A DNA stretch of 64,000 nt from Rhizophagus irregularis (taxonomy: Eukaryota). The notes beneath the pieces are model-generated. The model saw nothing but the letters and a program-made list of their open reading frames with translations. It was not told the origin of the DNA and did no database searches. The stretch covers positions 4,960,001 to 5,024,000 of the forward strand of contig NC_089429.1 in the NCBI RefSeq assembly GCF_026210795.1, written 5' to 3'. Shown here piece by piece: positions 35,550 through 49,374 of this stretch; position 1 is the stretch's first letter, and each line of letters begins with the position of its first letter. The position numbers and the translations under genes are program-made.

Positions 35550-38500
35550 ATGGAAACCGAACTTAGTAAGCCAAATATCTCAGATAAAGATATCAATACA
35601 GAAGGAACAAAAAATTGTTCATATTGCAACAAACCTTTTACTAAAGAATTATGGTGTGAAGAATGTATTAATTCTTTAGAAAAATTAGCAGAAAATAATG
35701 ATGAAATAGGAATGTTTAATTTAGCCATATGTTATAAAGATGGAGAAGGAATAGAAAAGAATTTAGAAAAAGCCTTTCATTGGTATCAAAAAGCAGCAGA
35801 GAAAGATCATATTAAAGCAATGACTAATTTAGCCAAATGTTATAAAAATGGAGAAGGGACAGAAAAAGATTTAGAGAAAGCCTTTCATTGGTATCAAAAA
35901 GCAGCAGAAAATGGTTATGAAATAGCAATGAATAATTTAGCTATATGTTACAATTATGGAGAAGGAATAGAAAAGGATTTAGAAAAAGCCTTTCATTGGT
36001 ATCAAAAAGCAGCAGAAAATGGTTACACTCAAGCAATGACTAATTTAGCTATATGTTACGAAAATGGAGAAGGAATAGAAAAGAATTTAGAAAAAGCCTT
36101 TTATTGGTATCAAAAAGCAGCAGAAAATGGTGATGAAACAGCAATGAATAATTTAGCTATATGTTACGGAAATGGAGAAGGAATAGAAAAGAATTTAGAA
36201 AAAGCCTTTCATTGGTATCAAAAAGCAGCAGAAAATGGTTATGAAACAGCAATGAATAATTTAGCTATATGTTACGGAAATGGAGAAGGAATAGAAAAGA
36301 ATTTAGAAAAAGCCTTTTATTGGTATCAAAAAGCAGCAGAAAATGGTGATGAAACAGCAATGAATAATTTAGCTATATGTTACGGAAATAGAGAAGGAAT
36401 AGAAAAGAATTTAGAAAAAGCCTTTCATTGGTATCAAAAAGCAGCAGAGAAAGATCATATTAAAGCAATGACTAATTTAGCCAAATGTTATAAAAATGGA
36501 GTAGGGACAGAAAAAGATTTAGAAAAAGCCTTTTATTGGTATCAAAAAGCAGCAGAAAATGGTGATGAAGGAGCAATGAATAGTTTAGCCTTGCATTATG
36601 AAGATGGAGTAGGAACAGAAAAGAATTTAGAAAAAGCCTTTCATTGGTATCAAAAAGCAGCAGAAAATGGTGATGAAACAGCAATGAATAATTTAGCTAT
36701 ATGTTACGGAAATGGAGAAGGAATAGAAAAGAATTTAGAAAAAGCCTTTTATTGGTATCAAAAAGCAGCAGAAAGTGGTGATGAAGAAGCAATGAATAGT
36801 TTGGCCATGTATTATGAAAATGGAAAAGGAATAGAAAAGAATTTAGAAAAAGCCTTTCATTGGTATCAAAAAGCAGCAGAAAATGGTAATGAAAAAGCAA
36901 TGAATAATTTAGCTATATTTTACGAAAATGGAGAAGGAATAGAAAATGATTTAGAAAAAGCCTTTTATTGGTATCTAAAAGCAGCAGAGAAAGATTTTAT
37001 TGATGCAATGTTTAATTTAGCCATATGTTATCATGATGGAGTAGGAACAGAAAAGGATTTAAAAAAAGCCTTTCATTGGTGTCAAAAAGCAGCAGAAAAA
37101 GGTGATGAAGATGCAATGAATATTTTAGCCATGTATTATAAAGATGGAGAAGGAACAAAAAAGGATTTAGAAAAAGCCATTTTTTGGTACCAAAAGGCAG
37201 CAGAAAACAATCATACTTGTGCAATGTTTAATTTAGCCAATAAGCATTATTTTGGAGAAGGAACAGAAAAGGATTTAGAAAAAGCCTTTCATTGGTATCA
37301 AAAAGCAGCAGAAAATGATTATGAAGAAGCAATGAATAGTTTAGCCGCGCATTACGAAAATGGAGAAGGAATAGAAATGAATTTAGAAAAAGCCTTTTAT
37401 TGGTATAAAAAAGCAGCAGAGAAAGATTATATTGGTGCAATGTTTAATTTAGCCAATAAGTATTATTCTGGAAAAGGAACAGAAAAGGATTTAGAAAAAG
37501 CCTTTTATTGGTATAAAAAAGCAGCAGAAAATGGACAAATTGATGCAATGTATAATTTAGCTGTGTGTTATAAAAATGGAGAAGGAACAAAAAAGAATTT
37601 AAAAAATGCCTTTAATTGGTATAAAAAAGCAGCAGAAAATGATATTGAAGATGCAATGTTTAGTTTAGCCATATGTTATTATGATGGAGTAGGAATAAAA
37701 AAGAATTTAGAAAAAGCCTTTTATTGGTATCAAAAAGCAGCAGAAAATGGTCATAATGATGCAATGTATAATTTAGCTATGTGTTATAAAAATGGAGAAG
37801 GAACAAAAAAGAATTTGAAAAAAACCTTTTATTGGTTTCAAAATGCAGCAGCAAATGGTTATACTAAAGCAATGTATAATTTAGCTATATGTTATAAAAA
37901 TGGAGTAGGAACAAAAAAGGATTTAAAAAAAGCCTTTTATTGGTTTCAAAAAGCAGCAAAAAATGGTGACACTGATGCAATGTATATGTTATCTATGCAT
38001 TATAAAATTGGAATAGAAACAGAAAAGGATTTAGAAAAAACCTTTTATTGGTATCAAAAAGCAGCAGAAAATGGACAAATTGATGCAATGTATAATTTAG
38101 CTATATGTTATAAAAATGGAGAAGGAACAAAAAAGGATTCAGAAAAAGCCATTTATTGGTTTCAAAAAGCAGCAGAAAATAATCATACTCTTGCAATACT
38201 TAATTTAGCCGATAGTTATTATATTGGAGAAGGAACAGAAAAGGATTTAGAAAAAGCCTTTTATTGGTATCAAAAAGCAGCAGAAAATGGTCATAATGAT
38301 GCAATGTATAATTTAGCTTTGTGTTACAAAAATGGAGAAGGAATAGAAAAGAATTTAGAAAAAGCTTTTGATTGGTATCAAAAAGCAGCAGAAATTGATC
38401 ATATTAAAGCAATGGTTATTTTAGCATTTTGCTATCGTAATGGAATGGGAACAGAAAAGGATTTAGAAAAAGCCTTTTATTGGTGTCAAAAAGCAGCAGA

Positions 38501-41058
38501 AAATAATAATGAAGAAGCAATGTTTTGTTTAGCTACACATTACGAAAATGGAGAAGGAATAAAAAAGGATTTAGAAAAAGCCTTTTATTGGTATCAAAAG
38601 GCATCAGAAAATAATTATATTCATGCAATGTGGAATTTAGCTATATATTATAAAAATGGAGAAGGAACAGAAAAGGATTTAGAAAAAGCCTTTTATTGGT
38701 ATCAAAAAGCAACGGAAAAAAATGATGATGAAGCAATGTTTAATTTGGCATATAATTATTATTATGGAGAAGGAACAGAAAAGGATTTAAGAAAAGCCTT
38801 TATTTTGTATGAAATAGCAGCAGAAATGAATGGTAATAAAAACGCAATGTATAATTTATCTCTATGTTATTATAATGGAGAAGGAACAAAAAAGGATTTA
38901 AAAAAAGCTTTTTATTGGTGTCATAAAGGAGCAGAAAATGGTGATGAAGAAGCAATGTTTAATTTAGCCAATAAATATAAAAATGGAGAAGGAATAGAAA
39001 AGAATTTAAAAAAAGCCTTTTATTGGTATCATAAAGCAGCAGAAAATGGTAATAAAGAAGCTATAAATCATGTAGCCATATGTTTTGAAAGTGGAGAAGG
39101 AATAGAAAAGAATTTAGAGAATGCCGTTTATTGGTATCAAAAAGGAGCAGAAAATGGTGATAAGGTAGCAATGTTTAATTTAGCCAATAGATATAAAAAT
39201 GGAGAAGGGACAGAAAAGAATTTAGAAAAAGCTTTTCATTGGTATCAAAAAGCAGCAGAAAATGATCAGACTAGTGCAATGTTTGATTTAGCCACATGTT
39301 ACGAATATGGCGAAGGAACAGAAGAGAATTTAAAAAAAGCCTTTTGTTGGTATCATAAAGCAGCAGAAAATGGTCAAGAAGAAGCAATTTTTAGTTTAGC
39401 CTTATGTTATGAACTTGGAGTAGGAACAAAAAAGAATTTGGAAAAAGCCTTTCATTGGTATCAAAAAGCAACAGAAAATGGTAACATTGGCGCAATGTGG
39501 TTATTAGGCAGATGTTACGAAAATGGAAAAGGAATAAAAAAAAATTTTAAACAAGCCTTATATTGGTATCAAAAAGCAGCAGAGAATGGTGTCAAAGAAG
39601 CAATGAATAGTTTATCTATATATTACAAAGATGGGAAAGGAACAGAAAGGAATTTAGAAAAAGCCCTTTATTGGCATCAAAAAGCAGCAGAAAGTGATGG
39701 TGTAAGTTTTAAAAATAAGAATGAATTATGCAATGAATGCAGACGACCATATAGTAATTACCAATGGTGTCAAAAATGTAATACTAAACGATTAAAAAGG
39801 AATTTTTCAAAGTGGACTAGTAAAAATGAATCTATTGATAAATTTATTCAAGAAGCACAGCAAAATGCCAAAAGTAGTTATGAAATTTTAGAGTGGATAC
39901 CTTATAATAAACTTTCAAGTATTAATTATCATGATAAAGGTGGAGATAGTGAAATTCATAAAGCTATTTGGTCAGATGGGCCTATTTATAGTTGGAATTT
40001 TGAAAAACAACAATGGAATAGACAAATGGGATATGAGGTCGCTCTTAAAGTGCTTAAGAATCCATCGAATTTAAATGATAAATTTCTGGATGAGGTATAG
40101 TATTTACATATATTCAATGAGCAAATTTTATTTACTTTTAAAAAAATTTAATAATTTTTTTTATTTATTTGTATAGTGGAAATATCACTATAATTGTCAG
40201 AAAAAATCATTTTCGAAATTTATTCAATACTTTGGATTTACCCAAGATCCAAATAATTTAAATTATTTAGTAATAATGAGTTATGCAAAGAAGGGAAATT
40301 TAAAAAAATGCTTATCTGAGATAGTTAAATTTAAGTGGCAAGAAAAGTTGCAATTATTGAAAAAAATTATATTAGGACTTAAAGTAATTCATGAATCAAA
40401 TTTAGCTCATGGTGATTTTCATGATGGTAATATATTAATTTCAGATAATTACAATGAGTTATTTATTATTGATTTAGGATTATGTAAACATATAAATGAT
40501 TTACAAGATCATGAAAATCGTGGAGTTTTGCCTTTTATGGCGCCTGAAATATTAGGGGGAAATCCATCATATAAACAAGCAAGTGATATTTATAGTTTTT
40601 CAATGATTATGTGGGAATTTACATCAGGTAATCCTCCATTTATGTATGAAGAGTGTGATGCTGTAAGTATTTGCGAAGGGCAACGTCCTAAAATTATGGA
40701 AAATACTCCAAAATGTTATAAAGATTTAATGAAAAAATGTTGGGATGAGGATCCTTCTAATAGACCAACTGTAATAATGCTTGAAAATATTATATCTCAA
40801 TGGATTTATTGTATTGACGAATATTATAGAGTAAACAAGGATGAAAATTATAGTACTGTACCCAATATTGATGATCAACAATTAAAAAATGATATGTTGG
40901 AATTTGTAAAAGCAAACGAAGCTAATTTAGAACAAGAGCCAGTAAATACTACTCCTATTACACAATCTCATTCACAAGAATATTCTATAAGTCGCGAACT
41001 TACTACTGAATATTTTGTTCAAGAAGAGTCTGATGATGAATATCATTCTCATATATAA
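35550..41058 (+). CDS. Sel1-repeat (37x) TKL protein kinase, ~1808 aa, 2 exons
   Basis: Exon 1 is 35550-40094, the intron 40095-40176 (GT..AG), and exon 2 40177-41058 in frame. It has 36-aa Sel1-like repeats, then VALK, HGDFHDGN, DLG and APE. Confidence 0.92.
35694..39692 (+). repeat. 37 coding tandem repeats of 108 bp (Sel1-like)
   Basis: Counted manually; every unit is 36 aa except unit 30 (37 aa). Confidence 0.95.
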
Positions 41059-41830
41059 ATATATTATATACAAAAAAGAAAATGTTATACTGCGTTATTT
41101 TGATTTTTTTCCTTTTTTGATTAATTACCAATATAATTACAATAAAAAGTAAGATAAATTTATGTATAAAGTTGAAAATTTTATGGTAACCTTTATTAGA
41201 AATAGGTGGGATCTTTTTGATAAATTTTAAAATAAAAGTTTCAAAATGAGTATTTGGAATTTGCAATTAAAATTAATAATCTTTATTAATTACTGAGAGG
41301 TCAAAGGATGAAATATATTATATCTTTGATTTTTATATAATTACTGCTTACTGGTTAATGAGTTTTGAAGCTGTTTAAAGTAGGACCAAGGTGTGGATTG
41401 TTGTAGCAACAGTAATAATTGTACTGATCAAGTAGTGAAAAATAAAATAAAATATCATACAGATTAGCCTTATGAACAATAAACTTTGATCTTTTTATTA
41501 ATATAGATATTTAAATACATTTAATTTCTTTTATAAATATTAAAAATAAAAAAGATTTCCTTTATTATTATGTAATATTTATTTTATATCTCCTAATTTG
41601 AATGAATATGATAATGGTGTCAGTAATAAATAAGGTATGATAATAAATAATGCAAATTGAACATGTAACAAATTAGTGCGTAAATACAGAATACCTGATT
41701 TGAACTGCAAATTTAATTCTTCAATATTTCATACTTTTACAAATCATAAATTCATCCTATATATAATTATAATTAATCAGTCGATAATTTACTTCCTTCA
41801 TATGTATTGGATAGTCTTAAAGTAAATTGC

Positions 41831-41990
41831 ATAAAGAAAACACCAAATGCGTTTATCTTATTTAGAAGTGAAAAATTTAAAACTGTGAGGATGAATAATA
41901 AAATTGTTCATCACGTGAAATTTCAAAAATAATAGAAATATATCAAAAGAGAATAAACCATATAAACAAAAAGTAAATGAAATAAACTCA
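41831..41990 (+). pseudogene. MATA-type HMG-box relic
   Basis: IKKTPNAFILFRSEKFKTVRMNN, then a frameshift to NCSSREISKII, followed by stops. Confidence 0.65.
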
Positions 41991-43798
41991 AGCACGCATT
42001 AATTTGTCAATATAATAAATTTTTTAATAATTTAAAACGACATAATTTTAAAATACATAAAGAACAAATCTAATCGATAAAAAAATTGTTATTTAATTCT
42101 TAATTTATTAAAAAATCATTAGGTTAATCATTATTTTTCCAGTATATAAAATTTATATTATTATTAAAACAATGCATACTTTGTAATTTATTTTTTTATT
42201 TGTACAATTAATATAATACATTAATACGACAATTCAATAAAAGTTATAGTAATATTTAAATAAATCATGAATGACTGAGACAAAATTGACTTTAACACCG
42301 CTCTCCCGAAAAATTTTTTGTAACAATTAATGATAAACCTGATGAAATGACAACAACAATTAATGAGCTTCTTTAAGACTTGATACACGCCAATTCTTTA
42401 ATACTGTAGTTACTACATTAAATAAATATAGTATAGGTTCGAATAATCATCGTATTGTACCATCGGTATTGGCATCTTCATATTATGCATTGCAAAATAA
42501 TGGTTACATACTTCCTAAAAGCTCTTTAGATATCAAATTTAAGCTTGGAGGTAAAATAAAAAAGCACGAAATAATATTTGATGAAAAGAAAAAGAATGAA
42601 AAATTTTCTCGAGAGAAGGATGATGACCCGATTGCAAAAGCAATTATATACGATATCGAAGGTTTACCAGTACTATAAGAACTATTAGCTAATGCTGTCA
42701 TAACAGTCCATAGTAATTTTTTTATTAAAAATATAAAATTTATTCACTATACTCTATAAAAAAATAAGTATATATTTATATGTATGACATTTCAAAAATA
42801 AAAATTTGTAAGACAAAGGAAGTGGAAAAATATTCTATATATAAATTCTAATCTGATAATACATAATAATATAGTACCTTGCACTATTTATTGCCTAATA
42901 TAAGATCTATATCTGATTCACTATGGAATCTTAAATAAGGATCTTCATCTGATTTATTCTTCAAAGTTGTTACCGTATCATCATAAAGTTTCTTTTGTCG
43001 AACAGTTAAACCTTCATGAAAAGAATTGATTGCAGAATTATAGTTTTCTTTATCTCTCCCTAACTATTTCAAAATTATTATCATTAACAAATTTAAATAA
43101 AATTTGAAAATTAGAAATAATTGATTTATCCTCGTGTGAAACGTTTAAATCAGTCCTATCTCTATTTTCCATATTAAATATTAATTATTATATTCTGGTT
43201 ATGCGATTCATTAAAAAAATTTATGTAAATGATATTAAGAAATATGGTAAAAATACATCTACTGTACATTGTAATTACTCATTTCACACAAAAGATTTTC
43301 TTAAATGATTTGGTTAATAAGACATTTTAAACAAAAATTATAAAATTGTCATAATGAAAAAAAAAATTAGGAATTATCTTTGAACTGAAATTCGTGACAC
43401 GATTATTGATACCATATAAATAATAAAAGGTTATGGTAGCACAATTGTACTAGCAAATTATATATATGTATTATTATATACTGTGCTATTAAAAAATTTC
43501 GTACAACCATTTTTTGAAAATATGACAAAATAAGCTTATTACTGAAACTGTGTCACAAATATAAGTAAATGTAAGACAAAATGTAGTGATAGGTAGTACT
43601 TTAGGTTACTTTGCTAAGTAGTAACAAAATATATTGGCACATGTAATATAACGTATTACTAGTGTCCTTTGAAACGAGTATTTTTTTTAAAAAAATTAAA
43701 AAAATTCTTTTTACCTTGTACTTTAAATACGGAATTTAAGATATTATTTTTATTTGACTTTATAATTGGATTGTTCTAAAATAAAAAATTATGAAATT

Positions 43799-45258
43799 AT
43801 GGACCAACAAAATAACTATAAACTAAAAATTGACTTTTTATTATCTAATAATATACCTTTAAGTCATTCAACACGAACTACACCTGAAACAATATTTAGG
43901 ATATGTAATGAATGCAATCAAATAAGAGAAATTTTCTATAAAACTGATCAAATTTGTTACCCATGTTATAAGGCAAGAACGATACCACTAAGTGGAAATG
44001 ATGTTATTGATAATTTTGTAAGGTACACATTAACTAATAATAGTGATAAAAGAGAAGGGAAAATGGAATTTGTTCTTTATGACAGATTCAAAAATGTAGA
44101 ATTTAACGCTGAAGGGGGATTTAGTAAAATTTATAAGGCTACTTGGATTGATGGTCCAATAGTCGATTGGAATGAAAAAAAACAAAAGTATAATCGTTAT
44201 GGTGAAGTAACAGTTGCACTTAAGGAACTTAATAATTCTGAGAACATAAATTCTAAGGAGCTAAATGAGGTACAGTATTCCAATGTCAATTTAAATTATT
44301 ATTAATTTTAATGTAAATTTATTAATTAAATTTATAATTATCATAGCTCAAGATATATTATAATTTTACTTTAAATTGGCAACCTGATGAATATGTGAAA
44401 AGAGTTTGTAACAGTACAAATACAAGTAATTTTAATAATATCAACACTTATTATGGTATTACTCAAAATCCTCTTACCAAAAATTTCATGATAATTACCG
44501 AATATTATGAACTAGGAAATTTAACATATTATATAGCAAATAATTTTTTTAATATGAATTGGTATGAAAAGATACAAATTTTGCAAGATATAATATCTGG
44601 ACTTAAAAACATACATGATGCAAATATTATTCACAAAGATTATCATAGTGGAAATATTTTAATCCATAATTTCTATCCATCAATAACAGCAGCAATAACA
44701 GGTGATTTGGGATTAAGCAAATCAGCGATTGAATCATTAAATGATAATAATGAGATTTATGGTGTTATTCCATATGTTGCACCAGAGGTCTTTAGAGGAC
44801 AAAAATATACTAAAGCTTCAGATATATATAGTTTTGGTATGATTATGTGGGAACTAATGACAGGTAGAAAACCTTTTTGGGATAAAAGTCATGATACAGA
44901 TCTTATTATTAAAATATGTGATGGAATTCGTCCTCCAATTGTAGAAAATGCATCTAAAGTATATATTGAATTAATGAAAGAATGTTGGCATTCTAATCCG
45001 AATAAGAGACCAACAGCAACTGAATTAGAAACAAACATTTCAAGTATTTGGAATGATGAGCCGTTTTATTTATATGGTTCATATTATGGAAGTATTAATC
45101 CAAATGGAAATATAAATTCAGCAGATATTGGGCCTATAAAAATAAATAACCCAGGTGCCATATATAAAAGCAGACCTCTGAGCGTTATGATAAAATCTGC
45201 AGAATCTACCAGAAGTTTAAAAACTCGAAGAAAGAAATATTCTTTATATCCCATCTAA
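43799..45258 (+). CDS. TKL-type protein kinase (2 exons; possible extra 3' exons to 45466)
   Basis: Exon 1 is 43799-44269, the intron 44270-44346, and exon 2 is in frame from 44347. Motifs CNEC..CYPC, EGGFS, VALK, HKDYHSGN, DLG, APE. Confidence 0.85.
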
Positions 45259-45844
45259 ATTAGTTAATCATAATTTAAAAAAATTTGCCTCTTCTAGATT
45301 GTTTGACAAATGAACTTGTTGACAATAATATTAACCTTAGCAAATATGGTAATAGCGATAGTGGTAAGTATCAATTGCATTTAACACAATAATATTTTTT
45401 TTAATTAATTACGTTTTGTTTTAAAATATAGATTATATGAGCGAGGAAATTAATTTTGATATTTGATAAATTACGTTTATTAGTATTTCAAAGTATTATG
45501 ATCGGTTTTATGTAACTTTGATATTTATGATGTACCAACAAAGCATTTGGAGTTACTTTCATATAATAATACACCAAATATTGTACTAATAAATGATATA
45601 TTTCCTATCAACACAATATGAAATATCTGAAGCACTGATGAAAATTCGATTTTAAATAAGTTTTCGTTTTCGTTAATTAATATTCGAGAATCAATTGAAT
45701 ATGATGTCTTTAATACGTTAATTCATTAAATTAAATTCTTAAAGCACAGAAGTATTATATATTTTACTGAATTTAGCTTATTCTTATTAATTTAAAAAAT
45801 TTTTGATACTTACTTTCTCACTACTGTTTCCTAAAGTTCCTGAG

Positions 45845-46121
45845 AATAAGAACTCAGATGCTAACACAAGGAGCGACGGGTATGGTGGCTTAGGCCAAAA
45901 GATTAATGAAAGAAAAATGTGCTCTTCAGATAATAATTCTGAGGCATAAAGCTGAGGTTGACTTGGCAGAATTTAACCAGGCCTGTGCATTTAACCGATA
46001 TAAATGGAAGACTCAAGAAATAAATTCGCGATAAATTATTTTAAACTTACAAAATAATCCACCAAACATGGCTAATCTAGAAGATGTTAATAAATTAATA
46101 GCACAATTTCCATACTATGAT
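45845..46121 (+). mobile_element. Probable Gypsy gag fragment
   Basis: HKAEVDLAEFNQACAFNRYKWKTQEINSR*IILNLQNNPPNMANLEDVNKLIAQFPYYD resembles the coiled-coil/Pro-linker/capsid start of Gag; recognised from memory, not by search. Confidence 0.5.
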
Positions 46122-46269
46122 CGATGACTGGTTGATGATCACATCCAATTTTTAAGTCGTTTACTCTCAATGTATGATAGTATGATGACTAAATGCCACG
46201 ACTTTAACGTGATTTTATTATAATACGAATTGATAAATAGTTCATCCACTAGTCATGTTACATAAGGTT

Positions 46270-46460
46270 TCATTGATAGATGTATTTTTTTTGGTAACTG
46301 GTAACACGCATTTCTTCTATTTTTAAAACTTCTTTAGAAGATGGCCGATCTTCATTCCAGTACTTTTTCATCAAATCTACATAATATTATGGAGTATTTT
46401 CAACGATGTCAGGACATTCACCTTTACAAATACTTTAACTAAGTTGAGGTTCATGTGTCC
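46270..46460 (-). pseudogene. Kinase C-lobe fragment
   Basis: SICKGE.PDIVENTP*YYVDLMKK.WNEDRPSSKEVL with a stop and a deletion. Confidence 0.65.
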
Positions 46461-47708
46461 TATACAAATACAGCAGCAAAGGATTACAAAGATCGTACAT
46501 AACAACAAATGGTCCACTAAAAAAAAAAACTAAATACAGGTATACGAAATATAAAAATTTAATAAAGAATGTAAAACTCTACATGTTAATTTCTTATATT
46601 TTTGACTTTTTAAATTTTTCGATGGTTTGTAATTTTCTATTTCCCATCTATTTATTGATTTAAGTATTTGATTTGATAAGTTCATTGTTTTTCTTCTTTT
46701 CGTACTTTTATAACTTCCTCCGAATACATCTTGGAACTTGTGATTTCTTTTTGACGACTCAAGTTCTCATTCACGTATATTTATAGCCGTAGGTATGGTA
46801 TTATCTCACGATATTGGCGGATAACGAGCGTCGATATATCACTATTATTATACATTTATACTACTTCTCACCTTCCGCATCATCATTAACTTTTCCGTTC
46901 TCGTTTTTTCCAACTCGATCATTTTCTTGTACGATGACATCCATTGATAACTTGTTTAGGGAATCCAAAAATGATCTATTTTTATCACTTTCAAAGTATC
47001 ATCCATCTTTTCTTCTTAAACTTAAATTGATTTTTCTATCGCTTTTCCTTGAAGCGATCGCCATTTGTTTTTGTCGATCTTGAAGAATTTGCCCGTATTT
47101 AGCGTCATATATTCCATCAAATCAACTCTTAAATGGCGTTCCTCATCTTTTTTATGTTATCTTCTTAATTTCTTTTATTAGTTGCCATTGATCTCATCAA
47201 CAACATTGTGGAAATGTCCATTCACCTTTATACCATATAATCGTGTATCTATTCACAGCAGAAAAAACCTTTTGAGTTATGTATCTGGATTCATTTCGGC
47301 TCTTACTATTTGATAATTGAATATTTTCTTGATTCTTATTAAAAAATTCTTCGATATATCATTATGTCACGTGTTTCTTGTATCATATTTCCAGAGTCTG
47401 TGTTTCGTTTTACGTTCCGATCTGCTGTTATTTTGCTGCGCCTGCCGTGGCCAGTTTCTTAAGGTAATTATTTCTTTACTTTATACTTCCTATCTATTTC
47501 TTCACTTTTTAATAAAAGAACTCATTACTCATATGATAAGCTTCCATTTTTTTTTAACTTATGTCAGAAAATTTTCTCCGAGAAAGAGCCCTCATTGACA
47601 AACTCTATTATTTGTGTAAACCAGATAATTAGTTAAAATTATTTACACAATAATATAATGATAAATATTCAAATTTTTTTTTTCTCGTCGATTTCTTTTT
47701 TCTCAACA

Positions 47709-49374
47709 ATGATATTGACGATTGTTTTTTCATCAGGGGTTTCCGATATTTTTTATCTTCTCGTAACTTTCATAATTTTTTATGTATCTCGATATTATTA
47801 TCATTATTTCCGTCTAAATCCTTTACCTGGCCCATTCCCACTTCCAATAGTTGGTACTTGGTAATATTCAAAAAATTTGGATATGAATTTAATGATAACG
47901 TCATTACACAAAAAATATGGAGATATGTTTGAAATAAGCTTAACAGGACAACGTACAATCATCTTATGTCATACTGATTTAATTGAAAATATGAATATAC
48001 CTTCAAAAACTAAATATCCTTTTAGAAGATACAGTACATTGTTTCAAAAAGGAGTTAAAGAATATGGAATTGATGGCACAGGAATAATTAATAATATTGA
48101 TCCAAAATCTTGGAAATATAATCGTCAATTTTTCGCTCAAGCTATGATGACCCCAAGTTTTAATTATCAGGCTGTTGAAATGGATGAATGAATTATGGAG
48201 TAAAATGGAATCTTTTTGGATAAACTTGGAGAAAATTATGAATTGGATCTTATAAAATGAATGTATAGATTTTCAAATGATATGATTTTAAAAATTTCGA
48301 TAGGAAAAAGAAATAATTCTGTTGCTTCTTATTACCATACCCTCGTACCCGAAAGTATGATTTATATGAAAAAGAAAAAGAAAAAACCAAAGAATCTGAA
48401 AATTTTATTCAATCACTTGAAACATTAATAAGAGGATCTATTTATTTTTTTTACTTTAATAGATTTATGCGTCATTATGTTCCTTTCATTCGTTGAAAAG
48501 CAATTAGTTTATTAAAAAATAGAGATTATCTATACGAAAAAATATATAAAATTATTAAAGAAAGAAGGACTGAAATTGAGAATACACAATTAAATCAATC
48601 TCTTCACCATGATATGTTGACATCATTTATAACCACGAATACACCACGCGATATTAACATGGTGATGTTGATGCGGATTTGTTAAGACCGATAAGTGACA
48701 AAGAAATTTTGGGTATATACTCGATGCTATAGGCGGAGGAACTGATACTGTGAGTGAAAAATTTCTTCATTAAAATATTAAAATTAATACTAGTATATTA
48801 CGCACTTAATTTCAAAAAATTCATTTACAATTTTAGGTTTCGAATTTATCGTATATCATCTCGGACATCATCCCGAAGTGGTACAACGGTTACGACAAGA
48901 ATTTGATGAAGTTCTTGAAAAGAACGTTACAAAACCCATAACGCATAATGATATCGATAAATTACAATATTGCGATGCAGTTATTAAGGAAGTATCTCGT
49001 CATTTTCCTGTAAATTATTCACTTGACCGTGTAAATGTTGAAAAAGATACGATTGGAGGATATGTTTGCTCAATAATGAAACGAAAAGATTATTGGACTG
49101 ATCCTGAAAAATTCGTTTCTGATGGTTTTTGATGATAGTGATAAATATTTTCTTGAAAACAACACGTTAAAAATGCTTTCTCAATTTTTGGAGGTGGAAT
49201 TAGAGCCTGTCCTGGAAGAAAATTAGCAATGATAGAATTAAAATGTTTATTAACCTTAATTTATAGAAAATATGATATTGAATTGGCTGATCCAAATGCA
49301 CCACTTAATTATATTCTGCTTTACTTACAGTTTGTAAAGAATTATTTGTTAAAGTTAAACCAAGAAAATTTTAA
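47709..49374 (+). pseudogene. Cytochrome P450 pseudogene
   Basis: TM anchor plus PLPGPFPLPIVG, GGGTDT (I helix), EVSR (ExxR), DPEKF and heme motif FGGGIRACPG; several frameshifts and stops; one intron near 48750-48836. Confidence 0.9.

Noticed and set aside
36472..37440. Repeated His/Leu-rich minus-strand ORFs
   Set aside because: Antisense shadows of the Sel1 repeats; the periodicity is inherited from the sense strand.
35694..39692. CRISPR-like look of constant and variable alternation
   Set aside because: An in-frame coding repeat in a eukaryotic gene; the variable parts are homologous to each other and there are no cas genes.
42469..43170. Short coding-like pieces
   Set aside because: No recognisable motif or gene structure; left unannotated.
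46600..47300. Minus-strand coding-like remnant
   Set aside because: Multiple stops and no identifiable family.
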